From Candidatus Latescibacterota bacterium (GTDB lineage: Bacteria > Latescibacterota > UBA2968), in the NCBI GenBank assembly GCA_965198115.1, contig OZ240241.1:448001-512000 (forward strand): 64,000 nt of DNA, given 5' to 3'. Position 1 is the first letter of the stretch. Each line of letters opens with the position of its first letter. Shown piece by piece: positions 10,330 to 22,085 of this stretch. The notes beneath the pieces are model-generated. The model was given only the letters and a program-made list of their open reading frames with translations. It was not told where the DNA came from and did no database searches. The translations under genes and the position numbers were made by a program.

Positions 10330-11883
10330 GAGCCTGTCGGGTTACACCCGGAAGCTCGTTGAGATTAAGTCCAGCTGAGTCTGTCAGCGACCGGTTACCT
10401 TCGTTTTTTCCTTGAGCCGAGTTCCTCTTCGGGATCAGGTAGCCAATGAGAGTCGATAGAGTTTCAGAAGGTTGTGTGTGAGACAGATCAGGTTCCATTC
10501 TCTGATGACTTTGTGGATTCGGCGGAATGAGAATCGGGTGAAGTTCCGAACGGATTTGATCTGTCCAAACACGGGTTCGATGATCTGTTTTCTTTTCCAG
10601 TAGGTGCAGCGACCTTTCTGTGTGAGAAGCTTTCTCGCCATTTTGTCTTTCGTCGTTGCGCCCTTGGGGATCCGTCCCCTGGGGCAGGTCGCGATGGGCG
10701 TTCCATGTTTTTGTTTTGTCGTCGCCACATAGAGGTCGACGCCATCTGATTGAACCTGATCGACCTGACTTTGGTTGAAGTATCCGGTGTCGGCAGTGAG
10801 GTGCTTGGGTGTCGTGCCGCCCATATTCGCTCTGATCTGGTTGACCATAGGTGTCATCTGGTTCTTGTCATCAGCTTCTTGGGTGACGTCGGCAGCAACG
10901 ACAATCTGGGCCTTGTCATCCACAGCAGCTTGGCAGTTGTAGGCTTGAAGGAATTGGCCCCCTGAGACCATGATCCGTGAGTCGGGATCGGTGAAGTTCA
11001 GTTGTTCCTTTCAGTCGGGCTCTTTCGATGGAGGCTTGGGCTTACGTCCACGACCGCCGCGGCGCTCCCGGGCCTTTACCTTCTCTTCATACGCTGCCTG
11101 CTTCTCAGGAAACTCAGCCTCCGCTTCGGCTTCGATCTCGGCTATTGCGTCGCGGATTACTTTGAGTCGAGTCTCCCGGTGCTGCAACTCCTCGGGCAAC
11201 TCGTCGCCGCGGTTGTCCTTTCCGTAGAGTTCGTCTTCGGCCGCGTCAGTGGCTTCGGCCTCGGTCAAGAGTCTGCGCACTTCGGCCTCGATCTCGGCTT
11301 CTTTCTTCTTCATCCGGCCGTAGCTCATCGCTTTGTGTTTTGAGGCATTTGCTTTGACTTTCGTGCCATCCAACGCCACGTGTCCCAGCTTCACCAGACC
11401 TGCCTTCACGCAGAGACACAGCACTTGCCTGAACAGACCTGAGAGGGCATCCAGATGCCGTTGACGAAAGGTCGATATCGTGTCGTGATCAGGATGCTGA
11501 TCCAGGCTGAGCACACGGAAAGCAACCGAGTCATAGGTCGCACGCTCGATCTTGCGGGAACTCCTGATGCCTTCACAGTAACCATACAGCAGTAGGCTCA
11601 CCATCATCCGGGGATCATACGGTGGCTGGCCACCTTGAGACCCATCGTAGGTCTCGTAGATCGCGGACAAATCAAGTTGTCCGACGATATCCAGAATGAA
11701 GTAGGTCGGATGACCCTTGGGAAGCCAACTCCGGAGATCCGGAGGCAGCAACATCAACTGAGCCGGATTGTAGACACGAAACCGAGTAGAAGTGCTCAAC
11801 GGAAACTTCCAATTCAGAGTCGGAACCTTGATCGCACTTCTACAATACGAAATCTTCCTCCGGCTGGGTACTCCGACAGGCTC
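10330..11883 (-). mobile_element. IS1182-family IS; transposase 11799..10435 with in-frame TGA at 11011-11013
   Basis: IR GAGCCTGTCGG / CCGACAGGCTC with CTAG on both sides. GQPPYDPRMM, PDHDTI, ALDGTK, NFTDPDSRIM and EPVFGQIK motifs. Confidence 0.92.
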
Positions 11884-13257
11884 CTAGTTGAAACTTAAAG
11901 GGCTCCAAACTTACGTTGTGGGTAGACGTGTGAGAGCGTGTACCCGTAAGAAAGGAGCCCACGATGGAGAAGCTATTTGCAGGGGGATGGCGAAGTCAAG
12001 GTTGGGTCAGACGTTATGGATTTGGAGACGCGTTTATCGGTGATCCGGGCGCTGATTCCGCTGGGTCTGGAGGCCGTTGCCGACGTGCTCCAGCAGGAGG
12101 TGGAGCAGCTCGCAGGCGTTCGGTATGCGCGTAAGGGTTCAGAGCAGTCGCATCGTCGATGGGGAAGCCAGAAAGGGTCCGTGTATCTGATGGACCAGAA
12201 GCTGCCGGTGGCCGTTCCCCGTGTGCGCGACGTCGAGTCCGATACGGAGGTTTCTCTGGCCGCATACCGGGGGATGCAGAGGCCCAGAGCGATGGATGAG
12301 AAGCTGCTGCTTCGTGTGCTCAAGGGAATCTCCTGTCGCAACTACAGAGCCTGTGCAGAGTCGGTACCCGAAGCGTTCGGAATCTCGGCATCCTCCGTCT
12401 CGCGACGGTTCATCAAAGCCACCGCAAAGAAGCTGAAGCAGTTCCAGGAACGACCGCTCGACGACTACGACTTGGTCGCCCTGTTCATCGACGGAAAGAG
12501 CTTTGCCGACGAAGAGATCGTGATCGCTCCGGGCGTCACGACGGACGGCCAGAAGATCCCCCTGGGCTTCGTCGAATCGGCGACGGAGAACGAACGGATC
12601 TGCCGTCAGCTGATCCAGGATCTCATCCGGAGAGGCCTGTGCTACGACCAGGGCCTTCTCGTTGTGCTGGACGGCTCAAAGGGACTCCGCAGTGCCGTCA
12701 CCAAAGCCCTCAAAGGGGATGTGTGCGTGCATCGCTGTCAGTGGCACAAGCGCGAGAACGTCGTCAGCTACCTCCCGGAGGCAGAACGTCCAAGAGTTCG
12801 ACGGAAACTTCAGAAAGCCTATGACTGCGACACCTACGAGGAGGCAAAGGCCGCACTCGAATCACTCAAACCCGAACTCAAGCTGATGAATCAGTCTGCC
12901 GTGGCAAGCCTCGAGGAAGGACTGGAGGAAACCCTGACCCTCCACCGGCTGGGGATGCTCCCGTTCTTGAAGCGAAGCTTCCGAACCACCAATTGCATCG
13001 AGGCGCTCAACAGCATGACCGGCAACCTGATACGGAAGGTCAACCGCTGGAACAACTCTCCTCAGCGACACAGATGGGTCGCGGCCGCACTCCTCGACAT
13101 CGAACCACGCCTGCGACGCGTGAGCGGATACAAACACCTCCCGCTGCTCAGGCAAGCACTGAAAAACAACCTGAATCTCGGCGACAATCAAGATGCTCGG
13201 CAGAGAGCATGAATACCACGGAGCCCGATGAGTTTCAACTGACTATGGGACTTGACC
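11884..13257 (+). mobile_element. IS256-family IS, type A, copy 1 (outer part of left IR missing; +1 G in a run near the start codon at 11964)
   Basis: Near-identical to 40314..41701. LFIDG, VLDG, HRCQWHK and TTNCIE motifs. Confidence 0.92.
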
Positions 13258-13709
13258 ACGTCCTCTTCGCTGATCAGACACTCTTCTCCGAATTCATTGA
13301 GATGGTATCGAATGGTTCCTGTTCCTACAGATTCAAAATCGATCCGTGGAACGATGAGGGCATCATCGATCTCCCCCCGCCGGTTGTCATAGCCCTGTCG
13401 GGACAACTCATCGGAGAGGCTGGGCCCGACTCTCCGGAACCTCGTCCTCTGACCAACACTGAACGAGGCGCCACGCAGAATCTGATTACACAGCTTCTCT
13501 CAGACCTGGAAAAGAGTTGGGCTCCTTTGATCGCCCTGCAGGCCTCGAACGCGTCCCCGATCGAGGATGAGATGCAATACGCCGAGGTCGCCAATCCATC
13601 GGACCTCGTGGTCATCATCGGTCTGACCATTCGAGTGGGAATTGTTGCTGGCCAGATGACGCTCATCTATCCCTACAGCAGTCTCGACGCGCTTCCGCGC
13701 AGGAATTGA
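13258..13709 (+). pseudogene. FliM middle-domain-like fragment, 5'-truncated by IS256
   Basis: DQTLFSEFI..SNGSC, RPLTNTER, DLEKSWAP, P.DLVVII and GQMTLIYPY resemble the FliM CheC-like domain. Confidence 0.6.
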
Positions 13710-13833
13710 CTTCCACGTGCTGAGTCTCGAACCCAGAACTCTTAGTTCTTTTCTGATCCTCATTCCCAGGCTTTGCCTTGGACCGGTTTTCTCCGTGCGC
13801 TCCGTGTACTCCGTGGTAGGATTTTCCTGATAA

Positions 13834-16302
13834 ATGACATCCAGACTTCGATTCACCCTCACCCACCGAGGCTATTTCACTCAGTCGCTCGCATTCGCAT
13901 GGCCTGAGGAGAGCGGCGGCGATGAACTCGCCGCGACGGTCACCGTTACACAGCCATATGGTTACACTCAGACCCTTGCGTCCACTGCGATGCGTGCAAA
14001 CGACCGGGGCGAAATCACCCTCGACTATCCCCTTCTCGACGAAGGACGCTACGCATCACGACCATCCAAAGATGCGGAGGGCAGAGCACCCTGGGGCATG
14101 GGCGTATATCGGTTCGATGTCGAGCTTTCGTCCAAGGGAAAGACTGTTGCGGCCGGTGTCCTGAATCTCGATCCAAACACCTTCTTCGGCGAGATCGGTG
14201 GTATGCGACTCGCTCAGGTGGATTCCCTCCATCAATTCATCGAATGTGCGCCCACACGCCCCGCCTTCATCGACACGAGTGAACTCGCCTTCACCATTCG
14301 GACGTTGCCGGAGCGCGTGAAATCCTGTGATGTCGAAGTCGATATCGTACGCGCACGGAATCCCGACTCCCTCACCGATCCGATCCGACTATCTCTCGCC
14401 GGAAAAGCAAAACGTTTCACCATCGATGCGTCTGGGTGGGCGCAAGGCGAGTACTGGCTGCGCTTACGTCTCCTTCGAAATGGTGAGCGAGTCGGTCCCT
14501 ACCTCGTCCGTCAGGTCTACGTCGAGAAACCACACATCGACGCCCGACCGCAGAACCCGCTCCGGATCGGCCACGCACCGCAACATCTGGTCGACGATTG
14601 GTGTTTCGCGACATCGAAAGGACTGAAACACGAACCAGACCAACTGGAAGTCGTATCAGACGGCCCGATTGTCGACATCGATCAGCCGTGGGAGCAGGGT
14701 CCCGACCATCTCACGCTCGAGTCCTTTTCCTACGATCAGAAGGCACGCCAGTTCCGAGCCCTCTATCACGCCGGACCACTGAGCGAGGACAAGCGTCTGT
14801 GGGACATGGGTGTACGGTCCACACTCACGGCTTACTCGACGCGCTATCTCTGCCTTGCCGTTTCCAGTGACGGAATCCGGTGGGAAAAACCCGACCTCGG
14901 GCTCGTCGAGTTTCAGGGATCGAAGAAGAACAACATCGTCCGCGACAAGGCCGGCGAGGCGTTCCTGTTATCTGGTGAGTTCGATAGCTTTCCGGTTCCG
15001 GTCAAAGAGCGACCGATCCCCAGGAAGTATCGCTATCGATACTACGACCCGAAGACCGACGGGCCGGTCGACATGGATAACTTCGTGTTCCGCGTTTTCC
15101 TGGGCGAGAGCATGGAGCCGGACGATCAGTTCGAAGGAGACTTTCGCCCGAAGCATCGCGAATTCTGGGGTCTGGAACGCAGAGGCGATACTTTCCTCGC
15201 CCTGACCCGGCGTCCCGTTCTCCAGGGCGCCAGAGGCATGCAGCTCCAGTACACGAACGAGCGTGCGTCCACGTATCCCTTCGAGGGGGATCCGATGGCG
15301 CTCTACCAGCCGGTCGGCCGATCGACCTGTACCTACTACCACCGCAAGAGCAAGACCTTCTTCTACTACTATCGGCCTGACTATCCGGCCTACCCGCCCC
15401 ACGGTCTCCCTTTCTATCTCTGGCACAAGGTGGCGGCGATCCGCACACGCGCCGTCCTGTGGACGAGCGACGGTATCCACTGGAACCGGCGGTATATGAC
15501 GATGCCCGACGAGCACGACCCGCCCGGTACAACACTCTACAGATTCGGATTCCTGAAGCCCGAGGGCCGTGAGGTCAGCGACGCAGACGATCAGCTGTTC
15601 CTGGGCGCGCTCCTCAATTGGGACCTCGCTTCGCAGAGACACCGCCAGCACCTGATGTGGAGCCGAGACCTCATCAACTGGAGCAAGTTCGGAAGCAACC
15701 GAATGCCGCTACTCGAAAACGGGCCGGTCGGAACGTGGAACGCCAGCACGAGCGGACTGGCGAGCTACTACACCCTCAAAGACGAAGCGGAAGAAGAATG
15801 GCTTTTCGCATTCACGGGGACCAGCTGCCGATATATGCTCGGTGGTGCACGTGAGTGCGCATCACTCGAAGACTACAAGGCTCAGTTCCCGTATCACGAA
15901 CTGGCTCCCTTTTTCACGACCTGGGAGGATTTCTTCGAGGAGGCCACGACCTCTCGCGTGCTCACCGGCCTGGCAAAGTGCAAGGCGGGCAGGCTCGCTC
16001 ACGTCGAACCGTATGAGAAGCGAGGCGAGTTCACCACCCTGCCTATCGTCGTGGAGGGCAGCCGGCTCTTGATCAATGCTCGCTGCGAGGCGGGTGGTTC
16101 GATACGTGCGGAGGTTCAGGACGCGGAGGGGAACCCGCTACCCGAGCTCTGTCTCGACGACGCACTCGTGTTCTCGGGCGATCGGGTCGCCCACGAAGTT
16201 CGCTGGAGACGGGCTAGGTTTGAGGAAGTGAATCGACGCGTGATCCGGCTGCGTTTTGTCCTTGAGGGTGCGAAGCTCTATTCGTTCCGGGTTGCGAGCT
16301 GA
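13834..16302 (+). CDS. Large hypothetical protein, probably five-bladed-propeller glycoside-hydrolase-like
   Basis: CLAVSSDGIRWEKPDLGLVEF.GSKKNN, two further S.DG/D..W Asp-box-like motifs, and a C-terminal GEFTT..L.INA..G.IRAE..LYSF domain. Confidence 0.65.
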   Translation: MTSRLRFTLTHRGYFTQSLAFAWPEESGGDELAATVTVTQPYGYTQTLASTAMRANDRGEITLDYPLLDEGRYASRPSKDAEGRAPWGMGVYRFDVELSSKGKTVAAGVLNLDPNTFFGEIGGMRLAQVDSLHQFIECAPTRPAFIDTSELAFTIRTLPERVKSCDVEVDIVRARNPDSLTDPIRLSLAGKAKRFTIDASGWAQGEYWLRLRLLRNGERVGPYLVRQVYVEKPHIDARPQNPLRIGHAPQHLVDDWCFATSKGLKHEPDQLEVVSDGPIVDIDQPWEQGPDHLTLESFSYDQKARQFRALYHAGPLSEDKRLWDMGVRSTLTAYSTRYLCLAVSSDGIRWEKPDLGLVEFQGSKKNNIVRDKAGEAFLLSGEFDSFPVPVKERPIPRKYRYRYYDPKTDGPVDMDNFVFRVFLGESMEPDDQFEGDFRPKHREFWGLERRGDTFLALTRRPVLQGARGMQLQYTNERASTYPFEGDPMALYQPVGRSTCTYYHRKSKTFFYYYRPDYPAYPPHGLPFYLWHKVAAIRTRAVLWTSDGIHWNRRYMTMPDEHDPPGTTLYRFGFLKPEGREVSDADDQLFLGALLNWDLASQRHRQHLMWSRDLINWSKFGSNRMPLLENGPVGTWNASTSGLASYYTLKDEAEEEWLFAFTGTSCRYMLGGARECASLEDYKAQFPYHELAPFFTTWEDFFEEATTSRVLTGLAKCKAGRLAHVEPYEKRGEFTTLPIVVEGSRLLINARCEAGGSIRAEVQDAEGNPLPELCLDDALVFSGDRVAHEVRWRRARFEEVNRRVIRLRFVLEGAKLYSFRVAS

Positions 16303-16311
16303 GAGGTCCAG

Positions 16312-17547
16312 ATGAAAGTCACTGAGATCGAAGTTCACGAGATCACCGTTCCCTACGTCGACTGGATCGCCTACCAGCTGAACCATTACTACGGGCCCAC
16401 GCGTCGAACCGTCTACATCGCTCATACGGATACGGGTCTTATCGGCATCGGGGAAAGCGGGGGCACAGAGCCAGAGGAAACGGTCGGTCACTACCTGGGT
16501 ACGAACCCGTTCGATCACGTTGGCGACGAAGTCTCGTTAGGGATCGGAACTGCGATGTACGATCTGATGGGACAAGCCGCTGGCGTGCCCGTCTACAAGC
16601 TGATCGGACAGAGGTATCGCGCGTGGGTGCCCACCGGCAGCTGGACCGTATCCACCCATCCAGACCGAATGGCAGAGGCTGTCCGGGAATACAGTGCCCT
16701 GGGTTACACCTGGATGAAGTATCACCTGTCACCGTTCGAAAACGTCATCGACCAGACCGAAGCCATGCAGGCCGTCGCCCCCGAGGGTTTCCGCGTTCAC
16801 TACGACTTCACGATGCACGGGACGGACGACCATATGATCGAGCTTCTCAACAAGCTCGCCCGTTACCCGATCGCTGGCTGCTACGAGGACGCGCTCCCTC
16901 CCGAAGACATTCCGGGTTACATCGAGCTGCGAAAACGCTCACCCCTTCGTAGCGTGCTCCATCACTTTCCACTCGGGGCGTCCTACGAGGTGCTGATGGG
17001 CGCGGCTGACGTCTACATGCTCGGCCACAGCAAGATTGGTGACGCGATTCGTCGTTCGGGTCTCTTCGCAGCTGGGAACATGCCTTTCATGCTGCAGAAC
17101 GTGGGCGGTCACATCACCCAGGCGATGACCAGTCAGATGATGGCCGCGTTTCCTTCGGCAAACTTCCACTTCTTCTGCGATTGCGAAACATGGTCGGACG
17201 ACGTCGTGGAAGAGCAACCGGAAATCGTAAACGGCTTCATCCGGGTCTCCGAGAAACCTGGGCTGGGCGTGACCCTCGATCGTGACGCACTCGATCGATT
17301 GAAGGCTCTCGAGTTACCGGAACAGCCGAAGTGGATCATGAAGTCTCGTTACAAGAACGGCACACGGATGTACAACCTGATCGACACGAGCAATTCGCTC
17401 TTTCTTGTCCGTCCCGATCGTCAGCGTGAAATCACACTGAGCTACGATTCACCGATCGAGTCGGAGTATTGGGACGATGATGGGACGAAGGCGTTCAGAA
17501 CGATGTTCGCACGCCTTCGGCAGGAAGGGACGATTCTGGAGAAATGA
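16312..17547 (+). CDS. Mandelate racemase/MLE (enolase superfamily) protein with C-terminal extension
   Basis: TDTGLIGIGE, AMYDLMGQAAGVPVYKLIG and KPGLGVTLD motifs. Confidence 0.85.
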   Translation: MKVTEIEVHEITVPYVDWIAYQLNHYYGPTRRTVYIAHTDTGLIGIGESGGTEPEETVGHYLGTNPFDHVGDEVSLGIGTAMYDLMGQAAGVPVYKLIGQRYRAWVPTGSWTVSTHPDRMAEAVREYSALGYTWMKYHLSPFENVIDQTEAMQAVAPEGFRVHYDFTMHGTDDHMIELLNKLARYPIAGCYEDALPPEDIPGYIELRKRSPLRSVLHHFPLGASYEVLMGAADVYMLGHSKIGDAIRRSGLFAAGNMPFMLQNVGGHITQAMTSQMMAAFPSANFHFFCDCETWSDDVVEEQPEIVNGFIRVSEKPGLGVTLDRDALDRLKALELPEQPKWIMKSRYKNGTRMYNLIDTSNSLFLVRPDRQREITLSYDSPIESEYWDDDGTKAFRTMFARLRQEGTILEK

Positions 17548-17711
17548 ACGTTTACCACTACCCGACGGACTCGGAGGAGCGGGTGTAGTGTTCGGTGGCA
17601 TTGTTTTACCGAATTGATCTGCGACTTGCTGCCCCCAGCTCCCAACTTCGTTACAGTAGACGGGTTTCCCCGAACACCGAACTCCCGAACACTAAAAACC
17701 CCGGATAGCCA

Positions 17712-19220
17712 ATGGACATCACTGAGCTAAAGCAACAACGCCGCCAGGCCGCTCACCGAAAGCGGGGCCTCATCTTCAACGACGATGGCTGCCCGATGGT
17801 ATATACGGTCAAGGAAGCATCGCCGGAGGCGTTACTGGCGGAAAGGACAACCGGTCTCCTCGGAACCCACCTCGGATCGATTTTCTACTGTCCGTGGACA
17901 GCTGGACTGGGTCACGTGACCTATCCGAGCGACGTCGCCGAGCCCTTCTATGCCGACTCGGGGATCTTCGCCGCCAACATGACCCGAACGTTTCACGAGC
18001 AAGGTCTCGATCCCGTCCAGATCATGATCGACTTCGCGCGCAAACACAGAATCGAGATCGTTGTCTCGATGCGGATGAACGACATTCACGATGGCTATCC
18101 GCAGTGGCGGGAGATGTTGCCGCAGTTCAAGAAGGATCATCCTCATCTGCTTCACGGTTCCGAGGAGGAACCCCCGCTCTTTGGATTTTGGAGCGGAATG
18201 ACTTACGACGAGCAGGCCGTCCAGGATCGTGCGTTCGAAATCCTCGAGGACATCTGTTCACGCTACGACCTCGATGGGATCGAGCTCGACTGGCAGCGTC
18301 ATCCGCCCCACTTCAGGTGTTCGACGAGGGGCGAAGACTGCACGTCGACAGAACGGGACATCATGACGCGCTTCCATCGCCGTCTCAGGGATATGACCGA
18401 GCAAGTAGGACTCGAGCGTGGGAGACCTCTTCTGACAGCCGTTCGCGTGCCCGCCTCGATCGCGTGTTGCGAAGCCATCGGGTTGGACGTTTCCGCGTGG
18501 GTGGAGCAGGATTTGGTTGATCTACTATGTCCCGGTGAGTGGGAGCTGTCCCCCTGGAATGAGTGGGTTGCGCTGGGCAAGCAGTTTGACAAACCGGTCT
18601 ACCCCAGCATGAGCTGGTCGGGATCCCGGAAGCGGCAAGGACCGATCGGAACGACAGACGGAATGGGTCTTCGGAACTTCCGCGCCCGGGCAATGAACGT
18701 CTGGCACGCCGAGTGCGACGGTGTTTCGACATTCAACCTGTTCGACCCGACAAACTCGTTCTGGGCCGAAGGCGGCGATCCGAAGGTCCTGGCTCGCCTG
18801 GGCAAGGACTACTTTCCAGACGGACACTTCCGATTCCTGCTCGGTCGCGACATTCGGGACCTCTTACGATTCTGCACACTTCCCACGATGCTCGATCCTG
18901 AGATACCCGTGCCGCTCGAACCCACGCGTCCCTTCGATGTCGCAATCACGATCGGAGAGGATCCGGGACAGGACCCCACGTCCGCAGTCACCGTGAGTGT
19001 CTGCGTGGAAGGACTTACAGCAGCGGAGGGGATAATTGTCAGTCTCAATGGACAGAAGGTGGAAGGGGGCACCCTCAAAGGCAGGTGGGTCAGCTATCCG
19101 GTCGCGTCCATCCGAATCAAGAAGGGATTGAACGAGATTCGCGTGATCAACCGCGAACCCACGTTCAAGAGGATTGTGTTGCACGACGTACACGTGGGAA
19201 TTCGCTACGGGAGGGACTAA
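17712..19220 (+). CDS. Putative TIM-barrel glycoside hydrolase-like protein (GHL10-like)
   Basis: IFNDDG, SMRMNDIH, YDLDGIELDWQR motifs and a C-terminal beta-sandwich. Confidence 0.65.
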   Translation: MDITELKQQRRQAAHRKRGLIFNDDGCPMVYTVKEASPEALLAERTTGLLGTHLGSIFYCPWTAGLGHVTYPSDVAEPFYADSGIFAANMTRTFHEQGLDPVQIMIDFARKHRIEIVVSMRMNDIHDGYPQWREMLPQFKKDHPHLLHGSEEEPPLFGFWSGMTYDEQAVQDRAFEILEDICSRYDLDGIELDWQRHPPHFRCSTRGEDCTSTERDIMTRFHRRLRDMTEQVGLERGRPLLTAVRVPASIACCEAIGLDVSAWVEQDLVDLLCPGEWELSPWNEWVALGKQFDKPVYPSMSWSGSRKRQGPIGTTDGMGLRNFRARAMNVWHAECDGVSTFNLFDPTNSFWAEGGDPKVLARLGKDYFPDGHFRFLLGRDIRDLLRFCTLPTMLDPEIPVPLEPTRPFDVAITIGEDPGQDPTSAVTVSVCVEGLTAAEGIIVSLNGQKVEGGTLKGRWVSYPVASIRIKKGLNEIRVINREPTFKRIVLHDVHVGIRYGRD

Positions 19221-19237
19221 GGGTTCGGAATAAATAA

Positions 19238-20657
19238 GGCTCTATCCGGGTTTCTCAACGGTGAAACTATAGAATGACAAGGTCATAGATCGTTCCCTAC
19301 GCTTGGTTGTGTGTGTAGGACAATCAAAGCGAAGGGGGTGCGACCTATGACCGGGAGCAGATTACTATCGAAACTGCTGAGATTCAAGGGGTTCCGTGTT
19401 GTCAGCTGGTGGTTTGAGGGGAGAAGCTGCTTCGTCATCGCCGTAAAGCCACATAAGAATGGTTGTTGTTGTCCGGAGTGCGGCCGTCGAGGTAAAATCG
19501 TCCGCACAATGCCCCATCCGCGTCGGTGGCGTGACATTCCGGTGTGCGGGTGGAGGGTCTGGCTTCTCTACCATCCTCGGGAGATTCGGTGTCCTACCCA
19601 CGGTCGTGTGGTCGAGGAGATTCCGTGGGCGGAGCGGTTCTCTCGGGTGACGTATCGCTTCGAGTATGCCATGCTGCGCTACTGCCAGACCATGACGCAG
19701 AAGGCGGCGTCCGAGTTGCTGCGCATCTCTGCCTCGACGCTGTCGGATCTCCGTCACCGATCCATCACGCGGCTTCGTGAAGGTCATCGTATCCGAGGGC
19801 TCAAAACCATCGGGATCGACGAGATCTCCTACGCCAAGCGTCACAGGTACGCCACGCTCGTTTACGATCTGGACCGCTCCTGCGTGGTGTGGGTTGGCCG
19901 CGGCAGGGCGCGTAAAACGATCGATCGGTTCTTCACAGAGGCTCTCAGTCCCTACCGGAGATCCAAGATCGAGTGGGCCTGCTGCGACATGAGCGAAGCT
20001 TACATCGGAGCCATCCAGGAACACTGTCCGAATGCCAAGCTGGTCCTCGATCGCTTTCACATCGTCAAGGCTCTCAATGCCGCCGTTGACGAGGTCCGTA
20101 AGGACCAGTGGCGTAAAGCTGCCCCGGATGAGCGCAAAGCCATGAAGGGCCTCCGATGGCTCCTCTACCGGCACTCAGCGACACGCTCCAGAGGGGATAC
20201 TCGGACACTCAAAGCACTGGAGAAGGCGAACTACCGAATCTATAGAGCCTGGAGACTCAAGGACGAGTTCGAGCAGTTCTGGGAATACAAAGCGCCCTGG
20301 GCTGCCGAACGCTTCCTGAAATGCTGGACGACGTCCGCACTCAGAAGTCGACTTGAACCCCTGCGAAAGTTCGTCAGGACCCTGCGACAGCACTTCTTCG
20401 GCGTCCTCGCATTCGTGAACACGCGTCTTACCAACGCCATCGCCGAAGGCCTCAACCGAATCGTCCAAATCGTCAAGAACCGAGCCAGCGGATTCCGCAC
20501 ACTCGACGCATTCAACGATATGATCTTCCTTACCGTCGGAGACATAAACATCCCTGAGCAGATTCCGAAGAGGTTCCGCACACTCTAACCGCGCCCCCAT
20601 GCCAGGAACCACGGCACCTTCACCCACTTCATCTCGTTGAGAGATCCGGATATAGCC
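19238..20657 (+). mobile_element. ISL3-family IS, copy 3 (transposase 19311..20588)
   Basis: Same IRs and ORF as copy 1. Confidence 0.97.
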
Positions 20658-20666
20658 AATAAAAAA

Positions 20667-22085
20667 GGCTCTATCCGGGTTTCTCAACGGTGAAACTATA
20701 GAATGACAAGGTCATAGATCGTTCCCTACGCTTGGTTGTGTGTGTAGGACAATCAAAGCGAAGGGGGTGCGACCTATGACCGGGAGCAGATTACTATCGA
20801 AACTGCTGAGATTCAAGGGGTTCCGTGTTGTCAGCTGGTGGTTTGAGGGGAGAAGCTGTTTCGTCATCGCCGTAAAGCCACATAAGAATGGTTGTTGTTG
20901 TCCGGAGTGCGGCCGTCGAGGTAAAATCGTCCGCACAATGCCCCATCCGCGTCGGTGGCGTGACATTCCGGTGTGCGGGTGGAGGGTCTGGCTTCTCTAC
21001 CATCCTCGGGAGATTCGGTGTCCTACCCACGGTCGTGTGGTCGAGGAGATTCCGTGGGCGGAGCGGTTCTCTCGGGTGACGTATCGCTTCGAGTATGCCA
21101 TGCTGCGCTACTGCCAGACCATGACGCAGAAGGCGGCGTCCGAGTTACTGCGCATCTCTGCCTCGACGCTGTCGGATCTCCTTCACCGATCCATCACGCG
21201 GCTTCGTGAAGGTCATCGTATCCGAGGGCTCAAAACCATCGGGATCGACGAGATCTCCTACGCCAAGCGTCACAGGTACGCCACGCTCGTTTACGATCTG
21301 GACCGCTCCTGCGTGGTGTGGGTTGGCCGCGGCAGGGCGCGTAAAACGATCGATCGGTTCTTCACAGAGGCTCTCAGTCCCTACCAGAGATCCAAGATCG
21401 AGTGGGCCTGCTGCGACATGAGCGAAGCTTACATCGGAGCCATCCAGGAACACTGTCCGAATGCCAAGCTGGTCCTCGATCGCTTTCACATCGTCAAGGC
21501 TCTCAATGCCGCCGTTGACGAGGTCCGTAAGGACCAGTGGCGTAAAGCTGCCCCGGATGAGCGCAAAGCCATGAAGGGCCTCCGATGGCTCCTCTACCGG
21601 CACTCAGCGACACGCTCCAGAGGGGATACTCGGACACTCAAAGCACTGGAGAAGGCGAACTACCGAATCTATAGAGCCTGGAGACTCAAGGACGAGTTCG
21701 AGCAGTTCTGGGAATACAAAGCGCCCTGGGCTGCCGAACGCTTCCTGAAATGCTGGACGACGTCCGCACTCAGAAGTCGACTTGAACCCCTGCGAAAGTT
21801 CGTCAGGACCCTGCGACAGCACTTCTTCGGCGTCCTCGCATTCGTGAACACGCGTCTTACCAACGCCATCGCCGAAGGCCTCAACCGAATCGTCCAAATC
21901 GTCAAGAACCGAGCCAGCGGATTCCGCACACTCGACGCATTCAACGATATGATCTTCCTTACCGTCGGAGACATAAACATCCCTGAGCAGATTCCGAAGA
22001 GGTCCGCACACTCTAACCGCGCCCCCATGCCAGGAACCACGGCACCTTCACCCACTTCATCTCGTTGAGAGATCCGGATATAGCC
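20667..22085 (+). mobile_element. ISL3-family IS, copy 4 (tandem with copy 3; 1-nt deletion near the ORF end)
   Basis: 9-bp spacer AATAAAAAA between copies 3 and 4. The pair is flanked by ATAAATAA (19230-19237, 22086-22093). Confidence 0.96.

Noticed and set aside
17694-17710. AAAACCCCGGATAGCC resembling an ISL3 end
   Set aside because: Short imperfect match with no adjoining IS sequence or TSD.
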